Below, one piece after another: positions 28,232 through 38,738 of a stretch of DNA of 64,000 bases. Under the pieces are notes generated by a model, which saw only the letters and a program-made list of their open reading frames with translations, was not told the origin of the DNA and searched no databases. The stretch covers positions 27,434-91,433 of the forward strand of contig DCDE01000004.1 in NCBI GenBank assembly GCA_002316275.1. Direction: 5' to 3'. The translations under genes were made by a program, and so were the position numbers. The stretch is from a candidate division WOR-3 bacterium UBA1063 (lineage in GTDB: Bacteria; Hydrothermota; Hydrothermia; UBA1063). The stretch's first letter is position 1; each line of letters opens with the position of its first letter.

Positions 28232-29973
28232 GAAATTGCCTTAAAGGGGCAAACCTGTATGCATAAGTCGCAACCCACACAGAGGAGATCTGAAATTGAA
28301 GCTTTGCCATTCTTTATACTGATCGCAGGACATCCAAGCTTAACGCACCCCAAACACTTTTCACCTTTGCATATATCTACATTTACTTTCCTTTTTGGTC
28401 TCTCTGCTTGCTTTTTTCGTTCTTCGGGCAGCAGTGCACAAGCTCTTCTTGATATGATAACCGCAGGTTCATCGAGTTCCATTACTTCTTTTAAGACCTC
28501 ACGGGTGGCCCTCAACTCATGGGGATCCACTTCATATACTTTCTCAATACCACAAGCCTTAACAATATCTTTAAAGTTTACAGCTTTTGTAACTTCTCCC
28601 TTTGCTGTTTTACCTGTTCCAGGGTGATCTTGGTGCCCTGTCATCGCTGTAATACGATTATCGAGTATTATTATTTTGGTAATCCCTTTGTTATATACGA
28701 TATCTATAAGCCCAGTAATTCCTGAATGGAGGAAAGTTGAATCACCTACAACACCGAATACCTTTTTTGAAAACTCTTTACCACGTGCAAGTTGAAAACC
28801 AAAAGCATTGGTAATCCCCGCTCCCATACATATTGTTGTATCAATAGATTCATACGGGGCAAGTGCACCCAGGGTATAACAACCGATATCTCCTGTGACC
28901 GTCGCCTTCAATCTCCAAAGATTGTAAAAGACACCGGTATGAGGACAACCTGCACAAAATACCGGAGGTCTCATTACCGACTTAATTGGTTCAGGATGAG
29001 GCAGTTCCTCATTGAGTACTCCTTTCCTGACAACCTCTGGAGAAAGCTCATCACAGAAGGGGATGTACTTCTTCCCCTCCACTTCAGTATATCCTAAAGT
29101 CTTTATCTCTTCTTCAAGAAAGGGTTCGTTCTCTTCAATTACTATTACCCTTTGAACCATAGATGCAAACTTTTTAAAAAGATCTTCGGGGAATGGAAAT
29201 GCCATACCCAGTTTCAAAAAGGTTGCATGCGGAAAAACTTCTTTCGCATATTGGTATGAGATACCGCTGGTTACTATCCCAAGGGACCTATCCCCTTCTT
29301 CTATTCTATTGAGCGGTGAAGTAGATGAAAATTCTTTAAGCTTCTTCAACCTCTCCTCAACCACGTAATGCCTCGCCTTTGCATTGGCAGGAAGGGTAAC
29401 AAACTTTCTAAAATTCTTAACATAATCTTTAATTCCAACCTCTTTTCGTTCTCCAAGTTCCACCATGGTTTTTGAATGCGAGATCCGCGTGGTCATTCTG
29501 AATAGGACCGGAGTATCAAACATCTCAGAAATATTGAAGGCTTCCTTCAGGTAATCTTTAGACTCCTGGGAATCTGAAGGTTCCACCAGTGGAAGTTTTG
29601 CAAATTTAGCATATCTTCTATTGTCTTGCTCATTTTGGGAAGAGTGCATGCCAGGGTCGTCACAGGTTACAATTACAAAACCAGCATTTATTCCTGTATA
29701 AGCTGAAGTGAACATGGGATCCGCTGCAACGTTTAGACCGACGTGCTTCATCGAGGTCATACTTCTTGCACCCGCTATCGCTGCGCCCAGGGCTACTTCT
29801 AAGGCAACTTTTTCATTGGTTGACCACTCTGCATATACCTCATCGTACTTGACTAAATTCTCGAGAATCTCAGTAGAAGGCGTTCCTGGGTACGCTGTGG
29901 CCACCTTGACACCAGCCTCCCACGCACCTCTGGCAGCAGCCTCATTGCCAGATAGCAACACTTTATTTGACAT
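28228..29973 (-). CDS. iorA: Indolepyruvate:ferredoxin oxidoreductase alpha subunit (TPP, 2x[4Fe-4S])
   Basis: 581 aa. N-terminal 'LLSGNEAAARGAWEAGVKVATAYPGTPSTEI', 'GDIGCYTLG', and C-terminal 'CLGCVKLGCPAI...CVGCDLCIQVCP'. Confidence 0.75.
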   Translation of the reverse strand: MSNKVLLSGNEAAARGAWEAGVKVATAYPGTPSTEILENLVKYDEVYAEWSTNEKVALEVALGAAIAGARSMTSMKHVGLNVAADPMFTSAYTGINAGFVIVTCDDPGMHSSQNEQDNRRYAKFAKLPLVEPSDSQESKDYLKEAFNISEMFDTPVLFRMTTRISHSKTMVELGERKEVGIKDYVKNFRKFVTLPANAKARHYVVEERLKKLKEFSSTSPLNRIEEGDRSLGIVTSGISYQYAKEVFPHATFLKLGMAFPFPEDLFKKFASMVQRVIVIEENEPFLEEEIKTLGYTEVEGKKYIPFCDELSPEVVRKGVLNEELPHPEPIKSVMRPPVFCAGCPHTGVFYNLWRLKATVTGDIGCYTLGALAPYESIDTTICMGAGITNAFGFQLARGKEFSKKVFGVVGDSTFLHSGITGLIDIVYNKGITKIIILDNRITAMTGHQDHPGTGKTAKGEVTKAVNFKDIVKACGIEKVYEVDPHELRATREVLKEVMELDEPAVIISRRACALLPEERKKQAERPKRKVNVDICKGEKCLGCVKLGCPAISIKNGKASISDLLCVGCDLCIQVCPFKAIS

Positions 29974-30023
29974 AGAAACCTCCAGAATGCGTTAACAAAC
30001 AAACTACTGAAAACCCTTTATGT

Positions 30024-30076
30024 GAATAAAAAAAGAAAGCAAAATGCAAAGAGCTAAGCAAACTAGCCCTTTGCAT
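30024..30076 (-). terminator. Rho-independent terminator after rplQ (end of the alpha operon)
   Basis: Perfect 10-bp inverted repeat aaatgcaaag (30041-30050) / ctttgcattt (30067-30076) with a 16-nt loop, spanning the rplQ stop codon. Followed on the minus strand by 'uuucuuuuuuuauu'. Confidence 0.5.
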
Positions 30077-30449
30077 TTTCAAAAGATTTTTGAGGTTTCT
30101 GCAATAACTCCAATATAGCCATTCTGGCATTATCTCCCTTCCTCGGTGGGAGCCGGAGAATTCGTGTATAGCCCCCGTTCCTATCGGAAAAAAGAGGGGC
30201 AATCTCTTTAAATAACCTCTCCAAGATTTTTCTGTCATTAACGTACCTTCCAACTAACCTTACAGCTGGAAGATCATTACTCTTTGCAATATTTATTAGC
30301 TTCTCAGCAATTCTTTTCGTCTCTTTAGCCTTCGGAAGTGTGGTAACTATTCTCCCTTTAATAAACAGAGCATTTACTTGATTTCTGATAACCGCCTCCC
30401 TGTGTTCTTTTACCATTCCAAGTTTCTTAACTCTCTTAAGGTGTCTCAT
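30063..30449 (-). CDS. rplQ: 50S ribosomal protein L17
   Basis: Family pattern 'MRHLKRVKKLGMVKEHREA' and position after rpoA. Confidence 0.9.
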   Translation of the reverse strand: MRHLKRVKKLGMVKEHREAVIRNQVNALFIKGRIVTTLPKAKETKRIAEKLINIAKSNDLPAVRLVGRYVNDRKILERLFKEIAPLFSDRNGGYTRILRLPPRKGDNARMAILELLQKPQKSFENAKG

Positions 30450-30463
30450 TCTAATCCTCCCTA

Positions 30464-31480
30464 CTAATCTTCAAAATCTTTCAAGTTCATGCCAAAGGTA
30501 AGTCCTAAAGGTTCCAGCCGCTCCTCTATCTCTTTAAAAGATTTATCACCAAGATTGCGCAACTTAAGGACGTCTTCCTTTCTCAGCGTTATAAGTTCTT
30601 TTATTTTCGTGATTCCTTCATCTTTAAGAACATTTAGAAGCCTTCGAGGCAATTCTAATTCGTCTATATCTTTTTCTAGCAGATCCCGAATCCTCAACTT
30701 TCTCTCGTAATCGACTATTGGTCTAATTTCCCTGAACATTTCAGCCTCTTTATGAAAACGCGAAAGTACATCAAGCAACAAATCAACCGCATATTTTAAC
30801 ACTGCGTCTGGAGAGGCGGTCTCATCCGTCCATATTTCAAGAACCATCTTTTCGAAGTCCGTCCTTGCCTTTACTCTGACATTTTCAACAGTGAAATTCA
30901 CCTTTTTAACCGGGGAAAACAATCCGTCCATCATGATATAGCCAACAGGCAAATCTTCGAGCTGAATTTCCTCAGCCGGTACGTAACCTCTTCCCCTCAC
31001 GGCTACAAGCTCCATGTTTACTACAACATCCTCGCCCGTAACAGTAAAGAGGTGCTGCTCTGGATTAACAACAGTTACAAAGGATGGGAATTTAATATCT
31101 TTTGCTTTATAATCCCTCTTTTCTGTAGCCGTTAGCCTTAGAATCGCTTTGTTTTCGATTTCAGGATCAAACTTTATTCTTACTTTCTTAAGATTCAATA
31201 CAATTTGCGTAACGTCTTCGAGCACCCCTTCAATCGCGGAGAATTCGTGCGCCACACCGTCAATTTTAACACCAACCAGAGCATATCCAGGAATAGATGA
31301 AAGAAGCACTCTCCTCAAGACATTGCCGATGGTATGGCCATATCCCCTTTCGAGAGGTGAAAATACAAACCTCCCATAATCCTCTAATATCTCCTCTTTG
31401 TATAAACCAAGAGGGAACACATACTTCACCTCTTTAACAAAACTGAACTCAATATCTTCCTGTGGTTTGTATTCAGGCAT
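30464..31480 (-). CDS. rpoA: DNA-directed RNA polymerase alpha subunit
   Basis: 338 aa. N-terminal dimerisation domain and C-terminal domain 'LNVLKDEGITKIKEL'. Conserved operon context. Confidence 0.9.
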   Translation of the reverse strand: MPEYKPQEDIEFSFVKEVKYVFPLGLYKEEILEDYGRFVFSPLERGYGHTIGNVLRRVLLSSIPGYALVGVKIDGVAHEFSAIEGVLEDVTQIVLNLKKVRIKFDPEIENKAILRLTATEKRDYKAKDIKFPSFVTVVNPEQHLFTVTGEDVVVNMELVAVRGRGYVPAEEIQLEDLPVGYIMMDGLFSPVKKVNFTVENVRVKARTDFEKMVLEIWTDETASPDAVLKYAVDLLLDVLSRFHKEAEMFREIRPIVDYERKLRIRDLLEKDIDELELPRRLLNVLKDEGITKIKELITLRKEDVLKLRNLGDKSFKEIEERLEPLGLTFGMNLKDFED

Positions 31481-31488
31481 ATTTTACC

Positions 31489-32118
31489 TCACTTAGAATA
31501 AAGCTCCACTATTAAAGTTTCATTTATTGGAAAAGTAACATCACTTCTCTCAGGTAATCTTACCACCCTTCCTCTAAAATGTTCTTTATCAAACTCCAGC
31601 CAGGTAGGAACATCGAAAGCGTTCCTCTCTTCGACGCTTTCAACAACAAATGGAATTTCTCTGGAAGTTTCTCTTACTTCAATAATATCATTAACATTAA
31701 CAAGATAAGAAGGGATATTAACTTTCCTTCCATTTAAAAATACGTGACCATGCCGCACAAGCTGGCGGGCTTGGCTCCTGGATTTTGCAAAGCCTAACAA
31801 ATAACAAACATTATCCAGTCTCCTCTCAAGTAAAGTAAGTAAATTTTCTCCTGTATTGCCAGGCATTTTCCTTGCCATCTCAAAGAACCTTCTGAATTGG
31901 GATTCAAAAACCCCATACATCCTCTTAACTTTTTGTTTTTCCCTCAGCTGAACCCCGTAGATCGATAATTTCCTCCGCATCATGCTGGGAGCAGAACCTG
32001 GAACGGATTTCCTTCTTTCCAGAGCACACTTATTAGTTTTACAGCGGTCACCTCTCAAGAAAAGCTTCATACCTTCTCTCCTACATAGCCTACATTTCGA
32101 CGAAGTATAACGTGCCAT
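31489..32118 (-). CDS. rpsD: 30S ribosomal protein S4
   Basis: '[16 protein letters not shown]' zinc-type S4 N-terminus. Confidence 0.9.
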   Translation of the reverse strand: MARYTSSKCRLCRREGMKLFLRGDRCKTNKCALERRKSVPGSAPSMMRRKLSIYGVQLREKQKVKRMYGVFESQFRRFFEMARKMPGNTGENLLTLLERRLDNVCYLLGFAKSRSQARQLVRHGHVFLNGRKVNIPSYLVNVNDIIEVRETSREIPFVVESVEERNAFDVPTWLEFDKEHFRGRVVRLPERSDVTFPINETLIVELYSK

Positions 32119-32123
32119 TGGTA

Positions 32124-32534
32124 CTACACCCTCCTTCTCTTAGGTGGTCTGCATCCATTATGTGGTATAGGTGTTACATCCTTGATCCCAATTACTTCAA
32201 TACCAGCAGACTGTATAGCTCTTATTGCAGTTTCCCTTCCGGGACCCGGCCCCTTTACCCAGACCTCAACTTTCTGTAAGCCGAGATCCTTCGCCTCCTT
32301 AGCTGCCTTTTGAGCAGCAGAGCCTGCTGCAAAGGGAGTCCCCTTCCTTGTACCCGAAAAGCCCACAACGCCTCCGCTAGCCCATGAAATAGTATTCCCC
32401 TTTGAATCCGCGAATGTAATTACCGTATTGTTAAAAGTTGAGAAGATATGAGCTATACCTGAAGATTCAACACTTCTTGCCTTTCTTTTACGTTTCTGAG
32501 CCTGAGATTCTTTCGTTTTCTTAGGTGCTGCCAT
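32124..32534 (-). CDS. rpsK: 30S ribosomal protein S11
   Basis: '[18 protein letters not shown]' S11 core. Confidence 0.9.
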   Translation of the reverse strand: MAAPKKTKESQAQKRKRKARSVESSGIAHIFSTFNNTVITFADSKGNTISWASGGVVGFSGTRKGTPFAAGSAAQKAAKEAKDLGLQKVEVWVKGPGPGRETAIRAIQSAGIEVIGIKDVTPIPHNGCRPPKRRRV

Positions 32535-32549
32535 ACAAATAGTCCTCCC

Positions 32550-32927
32550 TTATTTCCCTGCAGTCTTTTTCTTCTTAAACATGTTACCTTTTGGGCCCTT
32601 GCGAGTCCTCGCATTACTCCTCGTTCTCTGTCCTCTCACTGGTAATCCTGCCCGATGCCTTAGGCCCCGATAACATCCAATATCAATTAACCTTTTAATA
32701 TTCCTCTGCACTTCTGTTCTCAGAGCTCCCTCAACCTTGTACTTTGAAATCTCATCTCTCAACTTTGCTACTTCCTCGGGTGTAAGATCCTTGGTCCTTT
32801 TATCAGGAGAAATTTGAGTTGATTCTAAGATTTTTTTGGCAGTGGGAAAACCAACCCCGTATATATAAGTAAGCGCAACAAATATCTTTTTATCCCTCGG
32901 TAAATCCACTCCAGCAATGCGTGCCAT
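32550..32927 (-). CDS. rpsM: 30S ribosomal protein S13
   Basis: '[26 protein letters not shown]'. Confidence 0.9.
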   Translation of the reverse strand: MARIAGVDLPRDKKIFVALTYIYGVGFPTAKKILESTQISPDKRTKDLTPEEVAKLRDEISKYKVEGALRTEVQRNIKRLIDIGCYRGLRHRAGLPVRGQRTRSNARTRKGPKGNMFKKKKTAGK

Positions 32928-32935
32928 TTCCCCTC

Positions 32936-33049
32936 CTAACCCTGCCTCTGCTTATGTTTAGGATTCTCACAAATGACCATAACCCTGCCTTTTCTCTTAA
33001 CAATTTTACATTTACTACAAATTTTCTTCACTGAAGACCTAACTTTCAT
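32936..33049 (-). CDS. rpmJ: 50S ribosomal protein L36 (zinc type)
   Basis: Not in the ORF track (37 aa). Hand translation gives [37 protein letters not shown]. Confidence 0.8.
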   Translation of the reverse strand: MKVRSSVKKICSKCKIVKRKGRVMVICENPKHKQRQG

Positions 33050-33118
33050 CTAAATACCTCCACTCTCGTAAAGTTGTAGAATTTTAAAGCCAAGCGTATA
33101 GAGTGTCAAAAAAGAATT

Positions 33119-33337
33119 CTACTTATACCTAAACACTATCCGCCCTCGAGTAAGGTCATAGGGCGATAATTCCACAATTACCCTATCTCCAGGCAAAATC
33201 TTAATAAAATTCATCCTCATTTTACCGGAAACATGAGCCAGTACTATAACTCCGTTATCAAGAGTGACCCTGAACATTGCATTAGGCAAAACCTCTTTGA
33301 TAGTACCTTCCATTCTTATTACGTTCTTTTTATCCAT
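33119..33337 (-). CDS. infA: Translation initiation factor IF-1
   Basis: 72 aa S1-like fold. '[20 protein letters not shown]'. Confidence 0.9.
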   Translation of the reverse strand: MDKKNVIRMEGTIKEVLPNAMFRVTLDNGVIVLAHVSGKMRMNFIKILPGDRVIVELSPYDLTRGRIVFRYK

Positions 33338-34088
33338 AGACCACCTTTGTTAAATTTTCAAAGCCATCTTTAGTGATGAGAACCGTCTCTTCATAGTGAG
33401 CCGCGTAGGATCCATCACGGGTTACCATTGTCCAACCATTTTCCCTCTCAAAAACATCTCCATATCCCAGCGTAAACATAGGCTCGATTGCAATGATCAC
33501 ATTTTCATATAAAACAGGCCCACTTCCAGGTCTACCGTAGTTTGGTAAAAAGGGTTCCTCATGGAGGTGTAGGCCTACCCCATGCCCTCCAAGAACTTTT
33601 ATTACTCCCAATCTGAACCTCTTTGCTGTCCCCTCAATAACAGCAGCGATATCGCCTACATGAACACCGTCTTTTAGCGCCTTCATGCCATTAAGAAGGG
33701 CCAGCTTAGTCCCACTTATGAGCCTATTTATATCTAAGTCATCACTATCACTTAGATAATAGGTTTTTGCGGCATCACTAAAATACCCCATAAAGTTCAC
33801 CCCTACATCCACCTTAACAAGGTCTTCTTGCTTTAACCTTCTATCATCAGGAATCCCATGTACAACTTCTTCATTAATAGAAATACAGCTCGAAGCGGGA
33901 AAACCTCTATAGTTTAAAAATGCTGGTTTAGCGCCCATTTCCCAAATCGAATCACCTATAAATTCATCCAATTCTTTTGATTTAAGCCCAGGTTTGATAA
34001 AGCTATCAACCTTTTCAAATACTCTTTTCAAAATTTCAGCTGACTTCCGAACCATCTCTACTTCATCTCTCTTTTTTATATAAATCAT
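33330..34088 (-). CDS. map: Methionine aminopeptidase type I
   Basis: '[19 protein letters not shown]' N-terminus and metal ligands (D, D, H, E, E) in context. Start taken at Met19 of the ORF-track protein (34088). Confidence 0.85.
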   Translation of the reverse strand: MIYIKKRDEVEMVRKSAEILKRVFEKVDSFIKPGLKSKELDEFIGDSIWEMGAKPAFLNYRGFPASSCISINEEVVHGIPDDRRLKQEDLVKVDVGVNFMGYFSDAAKTYYLSDSDDLDINRLISGTKLALLNGMKALKDGVHVGDIAAVIEGTAKRFRLGVIKVLGGHGVGLHLHEEPFLPNYGRPGSGPVLYENVIIAIEPMFTLGYGDVFERENGWTMVTRDGSYAAHYEETVLITKDGFENLTKVVYG

Positions 34089-34728
34089 CCTTAAGAACCT
34101 CCAGAAGCGCATTATATACCCCTTTGGGGTCCATATCGCCATCTATTCTCTTAAGTATTCTCTTCTTTTCATAATATTCGAGAAGTGGTTGTGTTTGCTC
34201 GTGATAGACTTTCAATCTATTCCCGATGGTTTCATCATTATCATCTGTTCTGGTAACTAGTGTGGTTCCACAGAAATCGCACTTTTCATCCACCTTAGGT
34301 GGGTCTGTGATCAGGTTATAAACCCTCTTACACTGCGGGCACACCCTGCGGGCGAGTAATCTTCTCTTTACTTCGTCATCTGTGACATTAAAATATATAA
34401 CACGGGTGAGTTCTTTATTAAGAGTCGAAAGCAACCTATCTAAACCTTCTGCTTGGCTTACATTTCTGGGGAAGCCGTCCAGAATAAACTCTGTCAAATT
34501 TACGATTCTTTCTCTAACAAGGCTTATTATAATATCATCAGGTACCAATTCACCCCTATCCATATATAGCCTTGCCACCTCCCCCAGTGTGGTTCCTTGT
34601 GTAACAGCTTCCCTTAGGATATCACCTGTGGAAACTCTTACAATGCCAAAAGATTCTTGCAACTTATCCGCCTGGGTACCCTTACCTGCTCCGGGGGGAC
34701 CAAGAAAAACGAGCCTCAACCCCTCCAT
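34063..34728 (-). CDS. adk: Adenylate kinase (zinc lid)
   Basis: 'GPPGAGKGTQ' P-loop. Lid has 'CPQCKRVY...CDFCG'. Confidence 0.9.
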   Translation of the reverse strand: MEGLRLVFLGPPGAGKGTQADKLQESFGIVRVSTGDILREAVTQGTTLGEVARLYMDRGELVPDDIIISLVRERIVNLTEFILDGFPRNVSQAEGLDRLLSTLNKELTRVIYFNVTDDEVKRRLLARRVCPQCKRVYNLITDPPKVDEKCDFCGTTLVTRTDDNDETIGNRLKVYHEQTQPLLEYYEKKRILKRIDGDMDPKGVYNALLEVLKDDLYKKER

Positions 34729-36029
34729 CCTCTAATCTTTCCCTTCTTCAGAAGGCCCTCATATTGGTTCATAATAAGGTAAGAATTTAATTGTTGCATA
34801 AGTTCAAGTGCTACACCGACAACAATAAGAATTCTGGTACCTCCGAAGTATATTTGAGCCCCTGTCGCCTTCATAATATAGTAAGGGACAATAGCAATTA
34901 TCGCAAAGGCAATAGCACCAGGTAAAAGAATCCTGCTCATCACCTTGTCAATATATTCAGCCGTCTTTTGCCCCGGACGAATTCCTGGAATAAATCCTGA
35001 ATACCTCTGTAAGTTCTCAGCAAGATCCTTAGGGTTCAGTACTATTGATGTGTAGTAATAGGCGAAGAAAATTATCATTAGTGCATAGACAAGATCGTAT
35101 AGAATATTCCCTGGACTAAATTTAGCTGCAAAATTTTGCAAGGATTCAACCTTAGCAAACATTGCAATATTACTTGGAATCATGAGAATGGTCTGAGCAA
35201 ATATAATAGGGATCACTCCTGCAGTATTAAGCGTTAGCGGTAGATATGTTGACTGCCCACCATAAACCTTTCTTCCAACAATTTTCTTTGCATACTGAAT
35301 TGGAATTCTCCTCTGAGCCTCTGTAACCATTACAACTCCCGCTATAGTTAAAACGATAATAACGAGTAATAAAACAAATGAAAGAGGCGAAATTGAACCC
35401 GTCTTGAGCAATTGGAATGTATTGGAAAATTCGTATGGAATCGACTCCAGAGATCCAGCAAAAATGATCACTGAGATACCGTTCCCAATACCATTATCAG
35501 TTATCTGTTCCCCAAGCCACATTAAAAACAATGTTCCCGCAACTAGGGCAACAATTGTCTGGAACATAAAGGCTGGGCCAGGATTGGGTACGACCCTCGC
35601 ACCTGATGGGGCAACTACATTCGAAAGGAATATAGCAATACCGAAAGCCTGGATTGCAGCAACAGCAACCGTAAGATAGCGAGTGTAACGATTTATCAAC
35701 CTTCGGCCATGTTCACCCTCTTTTTGTAAGCGTTCCAAGTATGGCCACATAGTCGTCAAAAGCTGAATAATAATTGAAGCAGAGATATAGGGCATTATAC
35801 CCGCACCAAAAATTGCAGCTCTCTGAAGTGCACCTCCCACAAAGATATCATAGAGTCCAAAAATAGTCCCTGTAAACTGCGTCCTGAAGAATTCTGTCAA
35901 GGCTTGCCCGTCAATACCGGGAAGAGGAATGTGGGTACCAATACGATATACGATAATTATGAAAAGGGTAAAAAGTATCCTTTTCCTCAACTCGGCAATT
36001 TTTGGAATCGCACTAAGATTCTTTAACAT
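34716..36029 (-). CDS. secY: Preprotein translocase SecY
   Basis: 437 aa, 10-TM protein in the conserved spc-operon position. Confidence 0.9.
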   Translation of the reverse strand: MLKNLSAIPKIAELRKRILFTLFIIIVYRIGTHIPLPGIDGQALTEFFRTQFTGTIFGLYDIFVGGALQRAAIFGAGIMPYISASIIIQLLTTMWPYLERLQKEGEHGRRLINRYTRYLTVAVAAIQAFGIAIFLSNVVAPSGARVVPNPGPAFMFQTIVALVAGTLFLMWLGEQITDNGIGNGISVIIFAGSLESIPYEFSNTFQLLKTGSISPLSFVLLLVIIVLTIAGVVMVTEAQRRIPIQYAKKIVGRKVYGGQSTYLPLTLNTAGVIPIIFAQTILMIPSNIAMFAKVESLQNFAAKFSPGNILYDLVYALMIIFFAYYYTSIVLNPKDLAENLQRYSGFIPGIRPGQKTAEYIDKVMSRILLPGAIAFAIIAIVPYYIMKATGAQIYFGGTRILIVVGVALELMQQLNSYLIMNQYEGLLKKGKIRGWRG

Positions 36030-36465
36030 TTATCTTTCCACCTGCCTTTTCGATTTTAGTTTTTGCAGATTCGGAAACCTTCTCCACTTCAAAAGTCAAT
36101 GCTTTAGATATTTCTCCCCGCCCTAAAACCTTTACGGATGCATTTGCGTCTTTGATAATACCTTTTTGAAACAATGTAACTGACGTCACCGTCTCTCCGG
36201 AATTAAAACGTTTTTCAATCACATCAAGATTCACCTCACTATGCTCAATACGAAACGGATTTTTAAAACCCCTCTTAGGTAACCGTCTATAAAGTGGCAT
36301 CTGCCCACCTTCAAACCAGACTGGTTTAGCACCACCACTCCTAGCCTTCTGACCTTTGTGCCCCTTACAAGAAGTCTTACCATGGCCAGAACCAGGGCCT
36401 CTACCAACCCTCTTCTTTCCCTTTTTTGCACCAGAATTAGGCCTTAAAGAGCTCATCTCAATCAT
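36013..36465 (-). CDS. rplO: 50S ribosomal protein L15
   Basis: Gly/Arg-rich 'GRGPGSGHGKTS' region. Confidence 0.85.
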   Translation of the reverse strand: MIEMSSLRPNSGAKKGKKRVGRGPGSGHGKTSCKGHKGQKARSGGAKPVWFEGGQMPLYRRLPKRGFKNPFRIEHSEVNLDVIEKRFNSGETVTSVTLFQKGIIKDANASVKVLGRGEISKALTFEVEKVSESAKTKIEKAGGKINVKES

Positions 36466-36668
36466 TCCTTTTCCTCCTCTACTTCTTCAACCTTCAAAAG
36501 ATACTCAACCTGCTTGATCATTCCGCGAATCTCCGGAGTATCACGGTGAATTTTACTCTTACCAAGCTCGCCAAGCCCGAGGGCGCGCAAAGTCAGCTTA
36601 TGATTCTTATTAACATCGATCGAACTCCTAATCTGTTTGATTTTCAATAGCTTTTGAGACATAACCAA
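36462..36668 (-). CDS. rpmD: 50S ribosomal protein L30
   Basis: '[25 protein letters not shown]'. Confidence 0.8.
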   Translation of the reverse strand: MVMSQKLLKIKQIRSSIDVNKNHKLTLRALGLGELGKSKIHRDTPEIRGMIKQVEYLLKVEEVEEEKE

Positions 36669-37179
36669 ACCTCCTTAAAGCTTTCTCGGGGTTTACACCC
36701 CTCTCTTTGAGGATTCTTTCTGGGTCATCAAGCGATGTTACCGCTTTATAAGTAGCTTTCATCAGATTTATCGCATTACTCGATCCAAGTGATTTCGTGA
36801 GTACATTCTGATAACCTGCAGCCTCTAAAATAGCCCGAACAGCCTGAGATGCAATAATTCCAGTGCCAGGTGCAGCAGGTTTCAGAAGGATTATCGACGC
36901 GCCATCTTTTGTAGTAACCTCGTAAGGAAGCGTCCCATTTTTGATAATACATTGTTTCAAATTCTTACGCGCTCTCCTTAAGGCTTTTTGAATGGCTTCT
37001 GGAGTTTCTGCAGCCTTACCATGCCCAATGCCAACCCTACCATTCCCATCACCTACAACAACCCAGACAGACATCTTTAGATTCTTACCACCCTTTGTAA
37101 CCTTAGTTACCCTATTTATATAGACAATATTTTCAACTAACTCAGCCGCCTCCCTTTCAAACTCATCAAAAAATGCCAT
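36628..37179 (-). CDS. rpsE: 30S ribosomal protein S5
   Basis: '[36 protein letters not shown]'. Confidence 0.85.
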   Translation of the reverse strand: MAFFDEFEREAAELVENIVYINRVTKVTKGGKNLKMSVWVVVGDGNGRVGIGHGKAAETPEAIQKALRRARKNLKQCIIKNGTLPYEVTTKDGASIILLKPAAPGTGIIASQAVRAILEAAGYQNVLTKSLGSSNAINLMKATYKAVTSLDDPERILKERGVNPEKALRRFGYVSKAIENQTD

Positions 37180-37190
37180 TGCTTACCTCC

Positions 37191-37571
37191 CTAAAACTCG
37201 AGGCCCGCTTCTCTTGCAGCTTCAGCCAGTGCCTTTACCCTTCCGTGATATTTGTATCCACTCCTATCAAATACGACTTTCTTAAAGCCCTTCCCCGTAG
37301 CCCTAACAGCAATTAGTTTCCCAACAAGCTTAGCTTTCTCCACTTTTCCTTTTGTAGATTTTAAATCCTCTCTAATTTCAGGCGACAACGTGGATGCACC
37401 ACAAAGGACCTTGCAAGGGCCAATTGGTGGATCTATTACAAGTTGAGCATAGATATGCTTTGTCGATTTGTAAACAACAAGTCTCGGCCTTTCAGTAACG
37501 CCTCTCACGCTCTTTCTAACCCTCTGATGTCTTTTCTTCCTCTTATATACCTTTAACTTCCTGTCCATCAT
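37191..37571 (-). CDS. rplR: 50S ribosomal protein L18
   Basis: Family pattern and operon position. Confidence 0.9.
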   Translation of the reverse strand: MMDRKLKVYKRKKRHQRVRKSVRGVTERPRLVVYKSTKHIYAQLVIDPPIGPCKVLCGASTLSPEIREDLKSTKGKVEKAKLVGKLIAVRATGKGFKKVVFDRSGYKYHGRVKALAEAAREAGLEF

Positions 37572-38119
37572 TTACCCCCAGCTTTGACACTAGTTTTGCC
37601 TGCCTTTCTTCTCACTATCTCACCTCGATATCTTATACCTTTTCCTTTGTAAGGCTCAGGAGGCCTGATTTTCCTGATGGACGCAGCAACATTTCCAACT
37701 AAACATTTATCAATACCTTTTACTTTAATAATGTTCTGTCCCTCTACCTCAAACTCCACACCAGCTGGTGGGTCTATTTCCACTGGGTTGGAGTAGCCTA
37801 CACTTAATAAAAGCTTATTCCCTTCAACTCTTGCACGATAGCCAGTTCCCGCAACCTCCAGCTCCTTAATATACCCCTTTGTGACACCTTCAATCATATT
37901 ACTAATAAGCTGCCGTGTGGTACCATGAAGCGCTCTGTGAAACTTCCTATCCGAAGGCCTATCAACAAGTACCTCACCCCCATCAATCTTAACAGACATA
38001 TCTGGGTGAATATCTGTCTCTAAATTGCCTTTGGGGCCGGTAACCTTTATGTGTTTACCTTCTACCTTAACCTCAACCCCCTTCGGGATTTCAATAGGTT
38101 TTTTTCCTATTCTCGACAT
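37568..38119 (-). CDS. rplF: 50S ribosomal protein L6
   Basis: '[17 protein letters not shown]'. Confidence 0.9.
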   Translation of the reverse strand: MSRIGKKPIEIPKGVEVKVEGKHIKVTGPKGNLETDIHPDMSVKIDGGEVLVDRPSDRKFHRALHGTTRQLISNMIEGVTKGYIKELEVAGTGYRARVEGNKLLLSVGYSNPVEIDPPAGVEFEVEGQNIIKVKGIDKCLVGNVAASIRKIRPPEPYKGKGIRYRGEIVRRKAGKTSVKAGGK

Positions 38120-38131
38120 ATTAATGCCTCC

Positions 38132-38530
38132 TTACCAAACATAGAGAAGATATTCTCCGCCGAGTCTCTTTTGCCTAGCGTCCCGATCAGTCATCACGCC
38201 TTGAGAAGTGGAAATAATTCCGATCCCCATGCCATTCTTAATCCATGGTATTTCATCTTTACTAATGTAAATCCTCCTACCTGGTTTTGAAACCCTCTGA
38301 AGGTTTTGGATTGCAGCTCTTCCATTTTCAAAGTATCTCAACACTACCTCAATTTCCCCACCCTTATCCATCGAAACTATCTTATAATCACTAATAAATC
38401 CTTCCCTCTTTAATATATCAAGGATGGCTATTTTTAGCTTTGATACACCTTTAATTCTCGTTTTTTCATGATTCGCCCTAACAGCATTTCTTATCCTGGT
38501 AAGCATATCAGCAATAGGATCTGTAAGCAT
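38132..38530 (-). CDS. rpsH: 30S ribosomal protein S8
   Basis: 'MLTDPIADMLTRIRNA'. Confidence 0.9.
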   Translation of the reverse strand: MLTDPIADMLTRIRNAVRANHEKTRIKGVSKLKIAILDILKREGFISDYKIVSMDKGGEIEVVLRYFENGRAAIQNLQRVSKPGRRIYISKDEIPWIKNGMGIGIISTSQGVMTDRDARQKRLGGEYLLYVW

Positions 38531-38543
38531 AATTCATCCCTCC

Positions 38544-38732
38544 CTACCAGCTTGCCTTTTTCACTCCCGGTAGCTCGCCTCTCAAAGCAAGTCCCCGGAA
38601 GCAAATCCTGCAAACTCCAAATTTTCTCATATAACCTCTCGATCTTCCACAAATTTTGCAACGATTCCTCTTCCTAACCTTAAATTTGGGCTCAATCGTA
38701 AACGTTCTTACGAACTTTGCCTTTCTGGCCAT
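38544..38732 (-). CDS. rpsZ: 30S ribosomal protein S14 type Z (zinc-binding)
   Basis: 61-aa short form with '[10 protein letters not shown]...CRIC'. Confidence 0.9.
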   Translation of the reverse strand: MARKAKFVRTFTIEPKFKVRKRNRCKICGRSRGYMRKFGVCRICFRGLALRGELPGVKKASW

Positions 38733-38738
38733 TTTTGA

